Assembly: GCA_030390025.1 (NCBI GenBank)
Contig: JASTWF010000031.1
Location: 4,030,001 to 4,094,000, forward strand
Source of the DNA: Squalus acanthias
Lineage: Eukaryota
DNA length: 64,000 nt
Direction of reading: 5' to 3'
Made by a program: the position numbers and the translations under genes. Under the pieces are notes generated by a model. The model worked only from the letters and a program-made list of their open reading frames with translations, was not told the origin of the DNA and searched no databases. Positions 39,301 to 52,122 of this stretch are shown in pieces. Every line of letters begins with the position of its first letter. Positions within the stretch are counted from its first letter, which is position 1.

Positions 39301-41870
39301 CCTAGGGTCTTAAAAGAAGTGGCTGCAGAGATAGTGGATGCATTGGTTGTAATCTTCTAAAATTCCCTAGACTCTGGAAAGGGCCCAGCGGATTGGAAAA
39401 CTGCAAATATAAAGCCCATATTCAAGAAAGGAGGGAGACTGAAAGCAGGAAACTAAAGGCCAGTTAGCCTAACATCTGTCATTAGAAAAATGCTGGAATC
39501 CATTATTCAGGAATAATAGCAGGACATTTAGAAAATCATAATAAAATCAAGCAGAGTCAACATGGTTTTATGAAAGGGAAATAGTGTTTGACAAATTTAT
39601 TAGAGTTCTTTGAGGATGTAACGAGCAGGGTGGATAAAGGGGAACCAGTAGATGTAGTGTATTTGGATTTCCAAAAGGCATTCGATGAGGTGCCACATAA
39701 AAGGTTACTGCACAAGATGTTGGGGGTAATATATTAGCATGGATAGAGGATTGACTAACTAACAGAAAACAGAGAGTTGTGATAAATGGGTCATTTTCAG
39801 GTTGGCAAACTGTAACTAGTGGGGTGCCACAGGGATCAGTGCTGGGGCCTCAACTATTTACAATCTATATTAATGACTTGGATGAAGGGACCGAGTGTAC
39901 TGTAGCCAAATTTGCTGACGATCCAAAGATAGGTGGGAAAGCAAGTTGTGAGGACACAGAGTCTGCAAAGAGAGAAAGATAGGTTAAATGAGTGGGCAAA
40001 AGTTTGGCAGATGGAGTATAATGTGGGAAAATGTGAGATTATCCACTTTGGTAGGAAGAATAGAAAAGCAAAATATTATTTAAATGCAGAGAGACTACAA
40101 ATGCTGCGGTGCGGTACAGTACAGTGGAATCTGGGTGTCCTTGTACATGAAACACAAAAAGTTAGCATGCAGGTACAGCAAGTAATTAGGAAGGCAAATG
40201 GAATGTTGGCCTTTATTGCAAGGGGGATGGAGTATAAATGTAGGGAAGTGTTGCTACAACTGTACAGGGTGTTGTTGAGACCACACCTAGAGTACTGCGT
40301 ACAGTTTTAGTCTCCTTATTTAAGGTAGGATATACTTGCATTGGAGGCAGTTCAGAGAAGGTTCACTAGGTTGATTCCTGGGATGAAGGGGTTGTCTTAT
40401 GAGGAAATGTCGAGCAGGTTGGGCCTATACTCATTGGAGTTTAGAAGAATGAGAGGTGATCTTATTGAAACATATAAGATTCTGAGGGGGCTTGACAGGG
40501 TAGATGCTGAGAGGATGTTTCCCTCGTGGGGGAAATAGTTTCAGAATAAGGGGTCGCCCATTTAAGATGGAGATGAGAAGGAATTTCTTCTCTGAGGGTC
40601 ATGAATCTTTGGAATTCTCTACCCCAGAGAGCAGTGGAGGCTGAGTCATTGAATATATTCAAGGCTGAGATAGACAGACTTTTGCACTACAGAGGAATCG
40701 AGGTTTATGGGGAACAGGCAGAAAAGTGGAGTTGAGGCCAAGATCAGATCAGCCATGATCTCTTGAATGGCGGAGCAGGCTCGAGGGGCCGAATGGCCTA
40801 CTCCTGCTCCTATTTCTTATGTTCTTATGAGCAGGCTGGATTTCTTGGGTGTCTGAAATGAGGAAGGCGCAAGGATAGGGTTGTGGTGAGGGGAGGAGGG
40901 TAAAGCAAGTGGTGCACGCTTACACCATGTGCAGCTTGTACATCAGAAGAGATTGTGGGATGAGGGGCAAGTGGGATGTGAGAAGGAGAATAACGTATGA
41001 GGATACCAGCATCTTGTATTCTTTCAGCCCCACCACTAGCCTAAGGACTGAGCCATGCATCTGCCAAGAATGGCCAGCACCGTCTCCACCAAGGGGGTGA
41101 GGTGAAGCTAGGAATGTGAGGTGTGCCTCGTGTTTGGTAGAGATTATTGGTGGGTGAGTGATTGCGGGGTGGGGTGGGGCAGGGGGGCGGGGTCGTGCAT
41201 TGAGCAGTGTGTGAGGCTGGTGGTGCAGTTGGTAGGAGACGGCTTTTGAAGATGCATTCACTGACCTTGACCGCTTGTCTGAGGTCACGAAACTTCTTTG
41301 GGCGCTGGCGCCAGCAACTGAGGATGACACTGTTGGCAATGACGGCCTCAGCGATCTGGTCCCATCTCATTCTTTCTAGAGGGCCTCCTGGCCCCCTGTG
41401 GGTAGAGGGACCTCTCTTTTAGTGTTGACCCCCCTGCACAAAACTCGAGTGCTGCGTCCGAGACGCTGGGTGCCCTTTCCTTGGCCTGTTGAGCCATTTG
41501 TATTCGTGCTGAAGCTTTTTTATTACGAGCAGAAGGCAGTTCAGCTTTAAGAGCTACAGACTGCCTAGTTAGGAAGGATTTAAAATTTTTTATTCAGAAG
41601 GCAGTTCTGCTTTAAGAGCCAGAGACTGCCTTGAAAAGGAATAGGCTAGCTTTAAGTAAAGCCAGCCTCGCTCCAGCGACATGAACTTGGGTCCCCTGCT
41701 GAGTGCACAGCCAGTCAGCAGCGCGTTAGTCACTCGGCTTTACGCTACAGTTATGTAAAGTAGCAGACAGCACCAAATTGACGTGCTGCCTGTGCTTTCT
41801 GAATGGACATGGGCATATCTCGCATCACCGGTGCCCGTGTGCATTTTCGGGCCTGATCAAATTTCACCCT
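36328..41870 (-). mobile_element. Harbinger-like element remnant (Myb/SANT-like remnant at 41230-41480) split by a long CR1
   Basis: Minus-strand ERAPSVSDAALE and RWDQIAEAVIANSV..SCWRQRPKKFRDLRQAVK. Weak ends GGCTGTGAAATTGG / CAAATTTCACCCT; boundaries approximate. Confidence 0.5.
37540..40829 (+). mobile_element. Long CR1 LINE: ORF1 esterase C-terminal remnant, degenerate ORF2 (APE endonuclease + RT) and tail
   Basis: LNAWLKDWC..NGF.F.GHW....GLHLN..G at ~37605-37760. ORF2 starts LYLNARSI at ~37975 and includes [29 protein letters not shown] and KFADD. Tail tttcttatgttcttatg ends at 40829. Confidence 0.92.
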
Positions 41871-43025
41871 CCCGCCCCAATCTGTGCTGAGTTCGTTGAT
41901 TTCAGCCAGGAGAGCAGTTAGAGCACTATCGCTGTCCAACAATAAATCACCCAGGGACACAGTTCCCAATTGTTACCCAGTGACGTATGTGTATGGCGTG
42001 GGGGTGGGAGAAGGTGTGGTTAAGAGTTTATCTATTAGGAAATCATGGCAGGTGATAAATTCGTAGTTTGTTTATACTTCCACCATATCTAGCCTGTAAT
42101 TTTCTATCATTTAAAGTCGTATTTATTTTCCAAGAGTTTGTAGGTTATCTAGCTTTATTAGGCTTGACAGTTCAGCAAGAATCCAGATCCCATTTAACTT
42201 CAAATGAGGAAAATTTAGACCATTTTTGCGATTTGAACCGCAAAAACCTCATTAAATGTGAAGCAGATCCATTCTGCAGGGATTCTCAGGCATGATGCAT
42301 TTTCTGTGCCTTGAAATGCCTGTAATTTGGGCTTTGCAGAGGAACCCTCCATGAATTAAAGATTAATCTCCTGGACACTGCTGCGAGCAACCCAGGAGAA
42401 AAATCATCAGGGCATTAAAAAAAAAAATTGTTTTTGTTTCATTTTCTTTGGACACTTTTGTTTATTAGTTATAAAAAATATTGGAGAGGGGGGTTGGGGG
42501 GGGGGGGGTGGCGGGTGAAGGCGGTTTGACTGACAGTGAAGAATCATCCAATCAGCTAACTCTGAGTCTGTTTGCTTTCCAATTGGCGTGGGAAGGTGGA
42601 TCGCCGCGAGGATGGACATTTTGGGCGACCAATGGCGGGAGTGTGGGGGAGGGGCGGTTGGAGGCCGGAGGTCATGTGATGAAACCTCCAGGAAGCCATT
42701 CAACCACAGTTGGAAATCCTACCTTCGATACAGGTTTCTAAGAAAATAAATAGGTTAAAAACGCAGTGTAACACGTGAAGAAATTAATTGTCCACGTTGA
42801 GAACACATGCCTCTGTTGTTTACCATTTATTTAGGCGTTGTATAATCCCTCCAAAAGTCTCTTAATTCTGTATTATTCAGATTTTAAATAAAGTTTTATT
42901 TAACTACAGTTGAGCATTTTTGCTGTTTCTAACTACAACACAGCTGAAAATAAGAGAGCTAAGTGAGGAGAGGTACCAAACTTGCATTGAAAGATGAATG
43001 CTGTTTGACATTCTTATTTTGACAG

Positions 43026-43131
43026 GCAATCTACAAGATGGTGTCCACCGTGATGAAGATGCCTGAAGATGAAGCAACACCAGAGAAAAGAACAGATAAA
43101 ATCTTCAGACAGATGGACACAAATAATGATG
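43026..43131 (+). CDS. HPCAL1: HPCAL1 coding exon 2 (106 nt)
   Basis: Acceptor ttcttattttgacAG|GCAATC. Translates [36 protein letters not shown]. Donor G|GTAACG. Continues exon 1 in frame; not in the ORF track. Confidence 0.96.
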
Positions 43132-43549
43132 GTAACGATCAAACTACTCCTCACCATTTCTCAGGCAGATTCGTCAACCTTCACTCTCTGCCCTATCTTC
43201 ATTAACCTTTACATCAGAAGCCCCACTGCAGGCCACTAAGAACTCATGTGACATTGTCCCATCTGTATGTCTTTGTGTCCCTGTGTCTGTGGTAGTTAAA
43301 TAAAGAGTAGTGCTTTGTTCTGCTAGGGGGGGTGGGGGGGGGACAGAAATCATAAAGCAAATGGACTAAAAAAAAGTAAAATGTAAAGTCTGTTGAGAGA
43401 AGGACTAAAGACTAAAAGTACTTGTTATTTCTCATTAAGAATTAATAAGAGAATGAAAAAGACAATTTTAACTCGGCATGATGGTGGCTCTTGGGATTTT
43501 TAGCCTCCCTAGTTTGGTCATTTCTCTCTAAGTTTGCAGCTCACTTAAT

Positions 43550-43757
43550 GTGGGATTCAGCCCCTGTGTACATTATTTTTGGTGCACTGGTTAGCACATT
43601 CGCATCAAATTTCTGTGCACGCTATTCTTAAAAAAAAAAACTGTTAACCCTTCTAAGTGAACCTTATTAACTAATTCCTTAAAATAGCACACAGGAATTT
43701 GATGCAAATGTACTAACCAGCGAGTTAAAATATTGCACAGAAATAATTTCAACTCCA
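43550..43757. mobile_element. Palindromic MITE-like element in HPCAL1 intron
   Basis: Imperfect inverted arms ctggttagcacattcgcatcaaatttctgtg..gctattcttaa / ttaaaatagcacacaggaatttgatgcaaatgtactaaccag. Confidence 0.65.
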
Positions 43758-44317
43758 GAAAACACTAATATTACAGTAATAAATATACCCGTTTGATCAT
43801 TAGCCCTAACAGTACAAAAATTATAAATAAGTTTTGAACACTATCTTTCCTTGCCCTGTACCCCTTTCTAATTTGCACATTCTCTCTCTTCTGTTTGTAT
43901 TAATTTAACTTTACTTTTGGCTGATTTCTAACATTTAAAACGCTGCTGCCCAGGTCTTTTATTTTTAAGGTGGCGTCATAGGAATGCACAAATCAATTCC
44001 TGACGTGCTTTTATGCATCTAACCAGAAAGGAGTCCTGCAGAACCAGCTAAAAATGGCCATTTACACCTTTTCTCTTGTAGACTGATTACAACATTGCGC
44101 TGATTCAGTATCCTGCAGAATCATTTTGGCTTCTGTGAATTAACCTGTTACTAAATCTGACCCAGCAGTTTTAGCCTAGGTTTGTCAGTATGGCATTTTT
44201 CACCTTTTCAAGCGAGACATGATAACATGATGGGCATCCCATATATCTCCAGCATACCATACACCACAATTGGTGGGGGGGGGGGGTGTGCTGGTCATTG
44301 TTGATCTTGAAGACAGT

Positions 44318-44560
44318 GGGGGGCGATTTTATCCCTACTCGCTCAGCAGAAACCTGGCGGGTGGGCAGTTAAAATCGCCCTGGCTCTTACCTGTCCAAAA
44401 GCCGCCATGATCTCCTGAGCAGGCAGCAAGGACACTAGATCTGAGCCAACAGGGTCCTTCTTTCCATATGCATTTTGCGGCCAGATGACCTCATTGAAAC
44501 CTGACTGTAATTTTAACTCAGGCCTGAGTGGGGAATCCACCTGGAGTTAAAATCGGGGTC
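44318..44560. mobile_element. Harbinger-type MITE remnant
   Basis: GGGGGGCGATTTTA start; internal and terminal TAAAATCG(G)CC motifs. Confidence 0.45.
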
Positions 44561-44972
44561 GACATGCCACATACAAGGGGACAGGTTTCAGATAATAAAA
44601 GACTCGATCTGTTTACGGAAACTGCTTTTTTGCTGAGAACATAAGAGGTCGGGGGGTGGGGGGGTGAGGCGGTGTAGGGGGGACGGGGGGAGGTGCTGCA
44701 GGGGGGGAGAGCGGGGTGCAGGCAGGGAACGTCCAAACTGTAACAACAAATCTACTTGAATCTATGGATACTATTTGCTTGAATGACATTCCTTGGTCAT
44801 TTACTGCACAAGTTTATTAACTTTTATGTCAAAAAATTCCTCCTGACATCCCTTCTTACTCCTAATTTTAACCACCCATTTGTCAGTAGTAATTACAGCG
44901 TAGCAGCGAAGGCAACAAACTGACGTCAAGCAGACTTGTTCTCCTCCCCCCCCCCTTCTTAGATTTAAGTGA

Positions 44973-45176
<204 letters not shown>

Positions 45177-46296
45177 TGGGACATGATAGTATCCACGCTG
45201 ATCGTCTGAAGTAAAGGAGCGAGCTTTCATTCCAGCTGGATTGCCAACACTTTGTCTGACCTCCATCTCATCATGAATTGATCCTCCTGCCATAAGAGGG
45301 TGATTGACTAACATGGATAGTGTATTCTACCCAAGCTGTCTTCAGAGGAGCTTTTAGTCACTGCATTGTCACTTTTGTTTTGTGTTTTCTGTACAATGGA
45401 CACTTCAAAAAGCAGGCATGCCAACACTTTCAGGGCATTAGGGGGCAGTGCATAATGTTCTCCGCCATGGATCAGAATAATGCACATGTCCAACATTGGC
45501 CCACAACCTGAACGTAAAAAAATGACATCACGAATGTAAAGATGCCACTCCCTAAAATGCCATATATGGGAGCTTGTGAACACGCTTTGAGTACATTGTA
45601 GCTGCTCTAGTTTTTGCTCTTGTTGCAAACCTAAAACAACTACAACTCCCACAATGCTCTAAATTGCTCTGCATGTGAAAAATCTTTTTTTCCCCTCCAT
45701 GAGCAGATTCACTCAGTGAGCCCCAGATCACTGTGGGACATGTAGTTTAAGCTTAGAAAGCAGGAGACATATTACAAATGTGCTTGCGAGGTGAGGTGTA
45801 AGCGGGGGCAAAATGAATGTTTGAGTGGCCCTCATGTTCACAGTGAGACTGTTGACATGTATACAACATGTACCCTGACTATAATTTTGGTTTTATAAAA
45901 TAGAGCCCATTCCAATTAAGCACCACTGTTTTATAAAATTAAATGCATTCCCTTTTCTAAGATTCCGAAGTCTGCTGTTTCCCAAAGCATGGTTGGAGGA
46001 GGTTGAGCAAGTGGCCTCTCATTAAATAGAAACTACAACTGGATCTTGTCTAAATTGTTGAAAACTATTTTCTCCTTCAGCTCATGTCAAACTGAAAAAG
46101 TGGCGCATCTCTAAGATTCCATTTCACCACAGGGTGGGAAGGGGGAAACAGTTTGGGGGGAGGTGGCTGGGGTGGGCGGGGGGGTGGGGGGGAGTGGAGG
46201 AAGAGGATCAACTCACCCAATTCCAAATCCCCCCAAAATGTTGTTCTGACAAATCATAGAAGTCCGATAAGACTGGATTTGTACTTGTCTCTATGG

Positions 46297-46302
46297 AATA
46301 AA
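46297..46302 (+). promoter_or_regulatory. Candidate polyadenylation signal for the HPCAL1 3' UTR
   Basis: AATAAA ~1.1 kb after the stop codon. Alternatives exist (ATTAAA ~46817, AATAAA 48154); the true 3' end cannot be determined from sequence. Confidence 0.35.
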
Positions 46303-47240
46303 GTACAGTAAAATGACATTATATAGGTTACCTTAATGGAAAAGTCATGTGAGCAAATTTTTAGACTAAGTGGTCAATGATCACTTGCATTGATGCACAA
46401 GTGACACCTCCAAGTGTAAAAGTCATAAGTAAGGTTGACTTATGCACTGGATTTTCCTGGTGTACCTCACTTCTCCCACACAATATGGCCAACACTCATT
46501 GACCAACAGAATTCATGGCTATTAGAAATGCACAAGGGAATACTGTGGATAGGTGGGCTAGATGGACCAAAGGTCTTCTCCTGCCTGAAACTGTTACTAT
46601 CTTACAATAACAAAACTGGAATAGATATACACTTAATCCTCCCGATAAGTACACAAAATCTGTTATAGCAGGGGTGTGTTACATGGCTTCAGAACTGGAG
46701 GAGGAGCCATTCGCAGTGCATGTTATATCATGGTATAGGGGATTGTTGTATTGAAAGGTATATGTATTTTTAAAAAAATATGTGTTGATGTAATTCATCT
46801 TCAGATACTATTCTAAATTAAAATGTCATTGTTTTAAAGCAGGAATTGAAATGCCATTTTTTTCCCCCACTGGAAGCCTCATTAAAACTGGTGTCTTAAC
46901 AAAGTTCAGCTCATCTGAATTTGACAAACTCAATGAGATTTCTGTCCTGTGTTTTACTTTCCTGGATCCAATAATAATTAGTGCTTGGTAGAAATGGGCA
47001 GATTTTGGTGCTTTTGGCTAGACTAACCTCCATTTGGTTTTTAAATATTTATTTCAACATATGGTGATCAGAATAGATGCTTGTGATCAAGCTAATGATT
47101 TCAGCAAGGTGGAAGTTTGGCTTCAGACAATGAGCACTTAGGACCATGTTTCCCTCTGCGTAAAGCACGAGAAATAATCATCTTTCATTGAGATTGACTA
47201 CCCACTAATGCAATTGTGAGATGTGTAGTTTAGAGATAAT

Positions 47241-47830
47241 GGGGGGAATTTTAACGCCCAAGGACAGGGTGGGTTGGGGGGCGGGTGGGAGGTAAAAACT
47301 TTAAATTTCTCAAACCCAATCCCAACCTGCCCCCTTTCGGTTTTAACGCAGGCAGGTTGGTGGGGTTGGGCCACCAACACGTTCTCAGGAGACGAGTGGT
47401 CAGAAAAATCGTTTAAGGAGGCTGAGCGCCTCCACTTTCTCTAAATTTTTATTTGTTAACCCATGGAGGCCAGGTTTCCTGGGGCTCGGGAATCCCGGTA
47501 GATAAAAGGAGGCAAGAAGGGCCGGATCCATGAGGTAGGTGCATTTACAATACTGCTTGTGGGCCAGGAGTAGCAGGAGTGTGATCTCCGACTGCTCACC
47601 GCACCGCCCCCGTCCCCATGATCTCTGGCTACCTCCGCTACACCACCCCGCCACCCCCCCACCACGATCTCCGACTACCCCCCCCCCCCCCACAATCTCC
47701 GACTTACCAGCTATCCACTCACCAGCTGCTTTCCTGCCCGATGGGCAGCCAGCCAGTATTCGGGCAGGAAACCTTTTGAAAAATTTTAAAGCAGGTCCTG
47801 CTGTTAAGTTTGGTAGGACCTGCGAGAAAC
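47241..47830. mobile_element. Harbinger-type MITE remnant
   Basis: GGGGGGAATTTTAAC start and GC-rich body; right end truncated by the adjacent CR1 fragment. Confidence 0.45.
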
Positions 47831-47831
47831 C

Positions 47832-48078
47832 CATCTTTCTTTATCTAAATCTATCCGCATAACCCTCTATTCCCTTCTCCCTCATATGCTTAACGAGCAC
47901 CCCCTTAAATACATCTAGACTTTTTGCTTCAACCACTCCCTGTGGTAGCGAGTTCCACATTCTCACCACTCTCTGGGTAAAGAAGTTTCTTCTGAATTCC
48001 CTATTTGATTTCTTGGTGACTATCTTATACTAGTTTCTAGTTCTAGCCTCTAGCTATGCTCTTCCCCACAAGTGGAAT
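47832..48078 (-). mobile_element. CR1-like 3' fragment
   Basis: The reverse complement is homologous to 32625-32800 (FFTQRVVRMWNSLP). Confidence 0.75.
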
Positions 48079-48519
48079 GTGAAGATAAGTTGTACTGTTT
48101 GAATTAAGTGAGTCAGGTCATAACGGCTGTTCTTTATGTTCACTTTCCTGTGAAATAAAGCAGCCTAATGTTTTGTATCTGGCCTAATTTCACCAAATGT
48201 TTTCTCAGTCCAGCTTCAGAGAAATTGAAGTACACGTGCAAAAGATGTGAATTTGCAGTTCGGGTCACAAGGGGATACTATTGTTACACCTTTGTACCAC
48301 ACTCTTGTACATGCAGATATAGGGCAGTGTGAGTCAGCTCTCTCAAAAGTAAGACACTCAGATTGCTTATAGCAGCAACCAACACCACTGCACCCAAGAA
48401 GGTATTTAGGGCAGACCCAAATTTGTAGCAGGCCTTTACAATCCTGATTAATATTTTTGTGGCTTGTGGCTCTGGCTACAGGAGTATAGTATTGTGCAAT
48501 ATATCGATTTGAATATTTC

Positions 48520-50104
48520 CTTTTCTGGCTCCCATGTTAGCTGATATTGTTAACGGTTCTCTCTCCTCAGGTACTGTCCCCCTCTACCTCAAATCTGCCG
48601 TCATCACCCCTCTCCTCAAAAAACCAACCCTTGATCCCTCCGTCCTTGCAAACGACCAGCCCCATCTCCAAGTTCCCTTTCTTCTCCAAAGTCCTTGAAC
48701 GTGTTGTCACCTCCCAAATCCGTGCCCATCTTTTCCGCAATTCCATGTTTGAATCCCTCCGATCAGGTTTCCACCCTTGCCACAGTACCGAAACAGCTCT
48801 CATCAATGTCACAAATGACATCCTTTATGACTGTGACAAAGGTAAACTATTCCTCCTCATCCTTCTTGACTTATCTGCAGCCTTTGACACGGTTGACCAC
48901 TCCATCCTTCTCCAACGCCTCTCCACCATCGTCCAGCTGGGTGGGACTGCACTCGCCTGGTTCCATTCTTATCTATCGAATCGTAGCCAGAGAATCACCT
49001 GCAATGGCTTCTCTTCCCGCTCCCGCATCGTTACCTCTGGTGTCCCCCCAAGGATCTATCCTTGGCCCCCTCCTATTTCTCATCTACATGTTTCCCCTTG
49101 ACGACATCATCCAAAAACACCGCATCAGTTTCCACATGTACACTGACGACACCCAGCTCTACCTCACTACCTCTTCTCTCGACCCCTCCATGGTCTCTAA
49201 ATTGTCAGACTGCTGGTCCGACATCCAGTTCTAGATGAGCAAAAACTTTCTCCAATTAAGTATTGGGAAGATTGAAGACATTGTTTTTGGTCCCCACCAC
49301 AAACTCCATTCCCTAGCCATTGACTCCATCCCTCTCCCTAACATCTGTCTGAGGCTGAACTGCACTGTTCGCAACCTTGGTGTCATATTTGACCCTGAAA
49401 TGAGCTTCCGACAACACATATATCCGCAGCATAACAAAGACCGCCTACTTCCACCTCCATAACATCGCCCGTCTCTGCCCTTGCTTCAGCTTATCCGCTG
49501 CTGAAACCCTCATCCATGCCTTTGTTGCCTCTAGACTTGACTATTCCAACGCACTCCTGGCTTTCCTCCCACATTCCACCCTACGTAAACTTGAGGTCAT
49601 CCAAAACTCGGCTGCCCGTGTCCTAACTCGCACCAAGTCCCGTTCACCCATCACCCCTGTGCTCGCTGGCCTACATTGGCTCCAGGTTAAGCTGCGCCTC
49701 GATTTCAAAATTCTCAACCTTGTTTTCAAATTCCTCCATGGCCTCGCCCCTTCCTATCTCTGTAATCTCCATCAGCCCCACAACTCCCCGAGATATCTGC
49801 ACTCCTCTAATTCTGCCCTCTTGAGCATCCCTGATTATAATCACGCAACCTTTGGTGGCCGTGCCTTCTGTTGCCTAGGCCCTCAGCTCTGGAATTCCCT
49901 GCCTAAACCTCTCCACCTCGCTACCTCTCTTTCCTCCTTTAAGACGCTCCTTAAAACCTACCTCTTTGACCAAGCTTTTGGTCACCTGCCCTAATTTATC
50001 CTTATGCGGCTCGGTGTCAAATTTTTTGTCTGAAAATACTCCTGTGCAGCGCCTTGAGACATTTTACTACGTTAAAGGCGCTATATAAATACAAGTTGTT
50101 GTTG
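48520..50104 (+). mobile_element. L2-clade LINE, 5'-truncated
   Basis: SGF..CHSTETAL, LLDLSAAFDTVDH, GVPQGSILGPLLF, YTDDTQLY, LHWL.V..R.DFK; 3' end aaaggcgctatataaatacaa(gtt)n. Confidence 0.92.
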
Positions 50105-52122
50105 AATCATGTTCAGAAGAATTGCACTCTGTACTTGATGATGAATTAGCCCAAATGACTAGTTATGTCTGTATATAGTAGGTAAAATCCCATAAGCAAC
50201 ATATTCATAGTGATAGAGGATTGGGATCAGTCAGCATTATCCTTCAAAGTGTATCGCTTTTGTTATGTTCTTTCACATTCTTCGCACACAAGAACAATGA
50301 GGTGACTTATAGTAGCTGGTATTTTCCTGCTCCAATCCATCTATATTCCAAAGAACAAGTGCTGGCTAAATGGCTAAAGAATGAATTGTTCTGAAAGGGA
50401 TGTAGATAAGTCTGCGAGTACATTGAATAGCTCAGCAATTCTATTGGTAACCTCAAATTTGACTACATAATTGTCACTAGGTTTTGGGGGAAATTGGGTT
50501 CACGGATTTGTGGCTTGAATTACATCCCACAGACTGATTGTCAGTCATGGTCAGGGAATTAATGGAAGATTATTTTTAGCGTCTGAAATTGTATTATACA
50601 TATGGATACCGAAATGCAGCACTATTTCAAATTATCCTCCACCACAATGATCAATGATAAATGAACAATGGAAGGTAGGATTGTATTGTGCAGCCTACTA
50701 TGGTTAATGCATACGTTTTCTGCTTTCTCTTGCCTTTCAGTCTTTCTCCTGCCTATGTATCTGTCTTTCTGTCTGGCTTTATTTATCTCTGATTCTATGT
50801 CCCATTCCTCTCACTAACTTAATGCCCAACAACAGCATTTCCGATTATTTTTCACACTCGCACTTGAGCTCCTGGGTAAAGTGGCAGCATCACCACTGAA
50901 TTCACCAGCTTTTTCATCACTATTAACAGACAAGGGTTATTGCCTCTGAGAATTTACATCAGAATGCATAATTTTTCCCACTTGAAAAAATCTAGCTGCA
51001 TTCATGTGAGCAATAGTTTTTTTTTCCCTGAGTATAATTACGTATTCCACCCTCTAATTATTGTATCACACTGGTAAGTGTTCCTCCATTTTTTTGTATT
51101 TCATTACTCGCACCTTTAGTTGGGCCCCGTAGATTTGCTTGTAAAATGATCACCAACGCTTTTCGTTCCAGCATTTTCACTTGGCGTTTCTACAGGAACG
51201 CCATCAGGTACAGACATCTGAGGGGTACCCACAAGCAGCAGCCCGTCGTTCTGACAGTATATTTCACCAGCTGGGGTTGCTGAAGGTTCAAAAAGTTAAT
51301 TAAATGGTCAAAAAGAAGCAGATATGATTCTTTGAGGATATTTTTCTTGTGAGCAGTGTTTCTTTACCAATTGAAATTGCATTATCCGTGATATTTATTT
51401 TAAGATTTTCATCTCTTATAAGGGAATTGATCCCTTATGTGAACAAACAAAACCACTCAATTGAAAGCTCCACAAAATAATATTGTGTGGGTTTACTCTC
51501 TCCTCATGAAGGAGACATCTATTCCATGGGGAAACGCGCCATATTAAAAGTATTGTTATTAATAACACGGAGTTCAAACTCAGTGAAAACGATCAGAAAA
51601 AGGCCAAAAGTAAATACTCGGGGACAAATATATAGTCTATGAAATTGCTCTTGCTTTGTGGGCCTGAAGAAGGGAAATAAATATAGGGAAGGATTGCAAG
51701 GTGGGTGGATTCTTTCTGCAATCCTTGTTTGGACGGTGTGAAATCTTCACTAGAGCTGAACAAACCAGGCATGAAACACAAGAGAATTCTTATAGGATTT
51801 ATTAACTAAAAATGAGAGCTGGATTCTGTCTAGTTGTCACTGGGAATAATTACAATGAGGGGAAGAAATAGCACACAGATTCTGCAATGAAGGTTTATGT
51901 TTTTATTAAAAAATTGATTGTGTTGTGAATATTCGTAGGGAGGTTATTATCTAGGAGCTTTGTGCGCATCGGTCAATGTAGTGTACAAGCTTTGTGTTTG
52001 TGGTTCTGTTGGTGTTATTTCCTGAGGTTATAGGTGCTGTGATTTCTACGTGGAATTCAACCAGTGGGGAAGGTGGTTCCATTAAAATGTGGTTCCCTGT
52101 CTCAGGTAGGACATACAGATTA

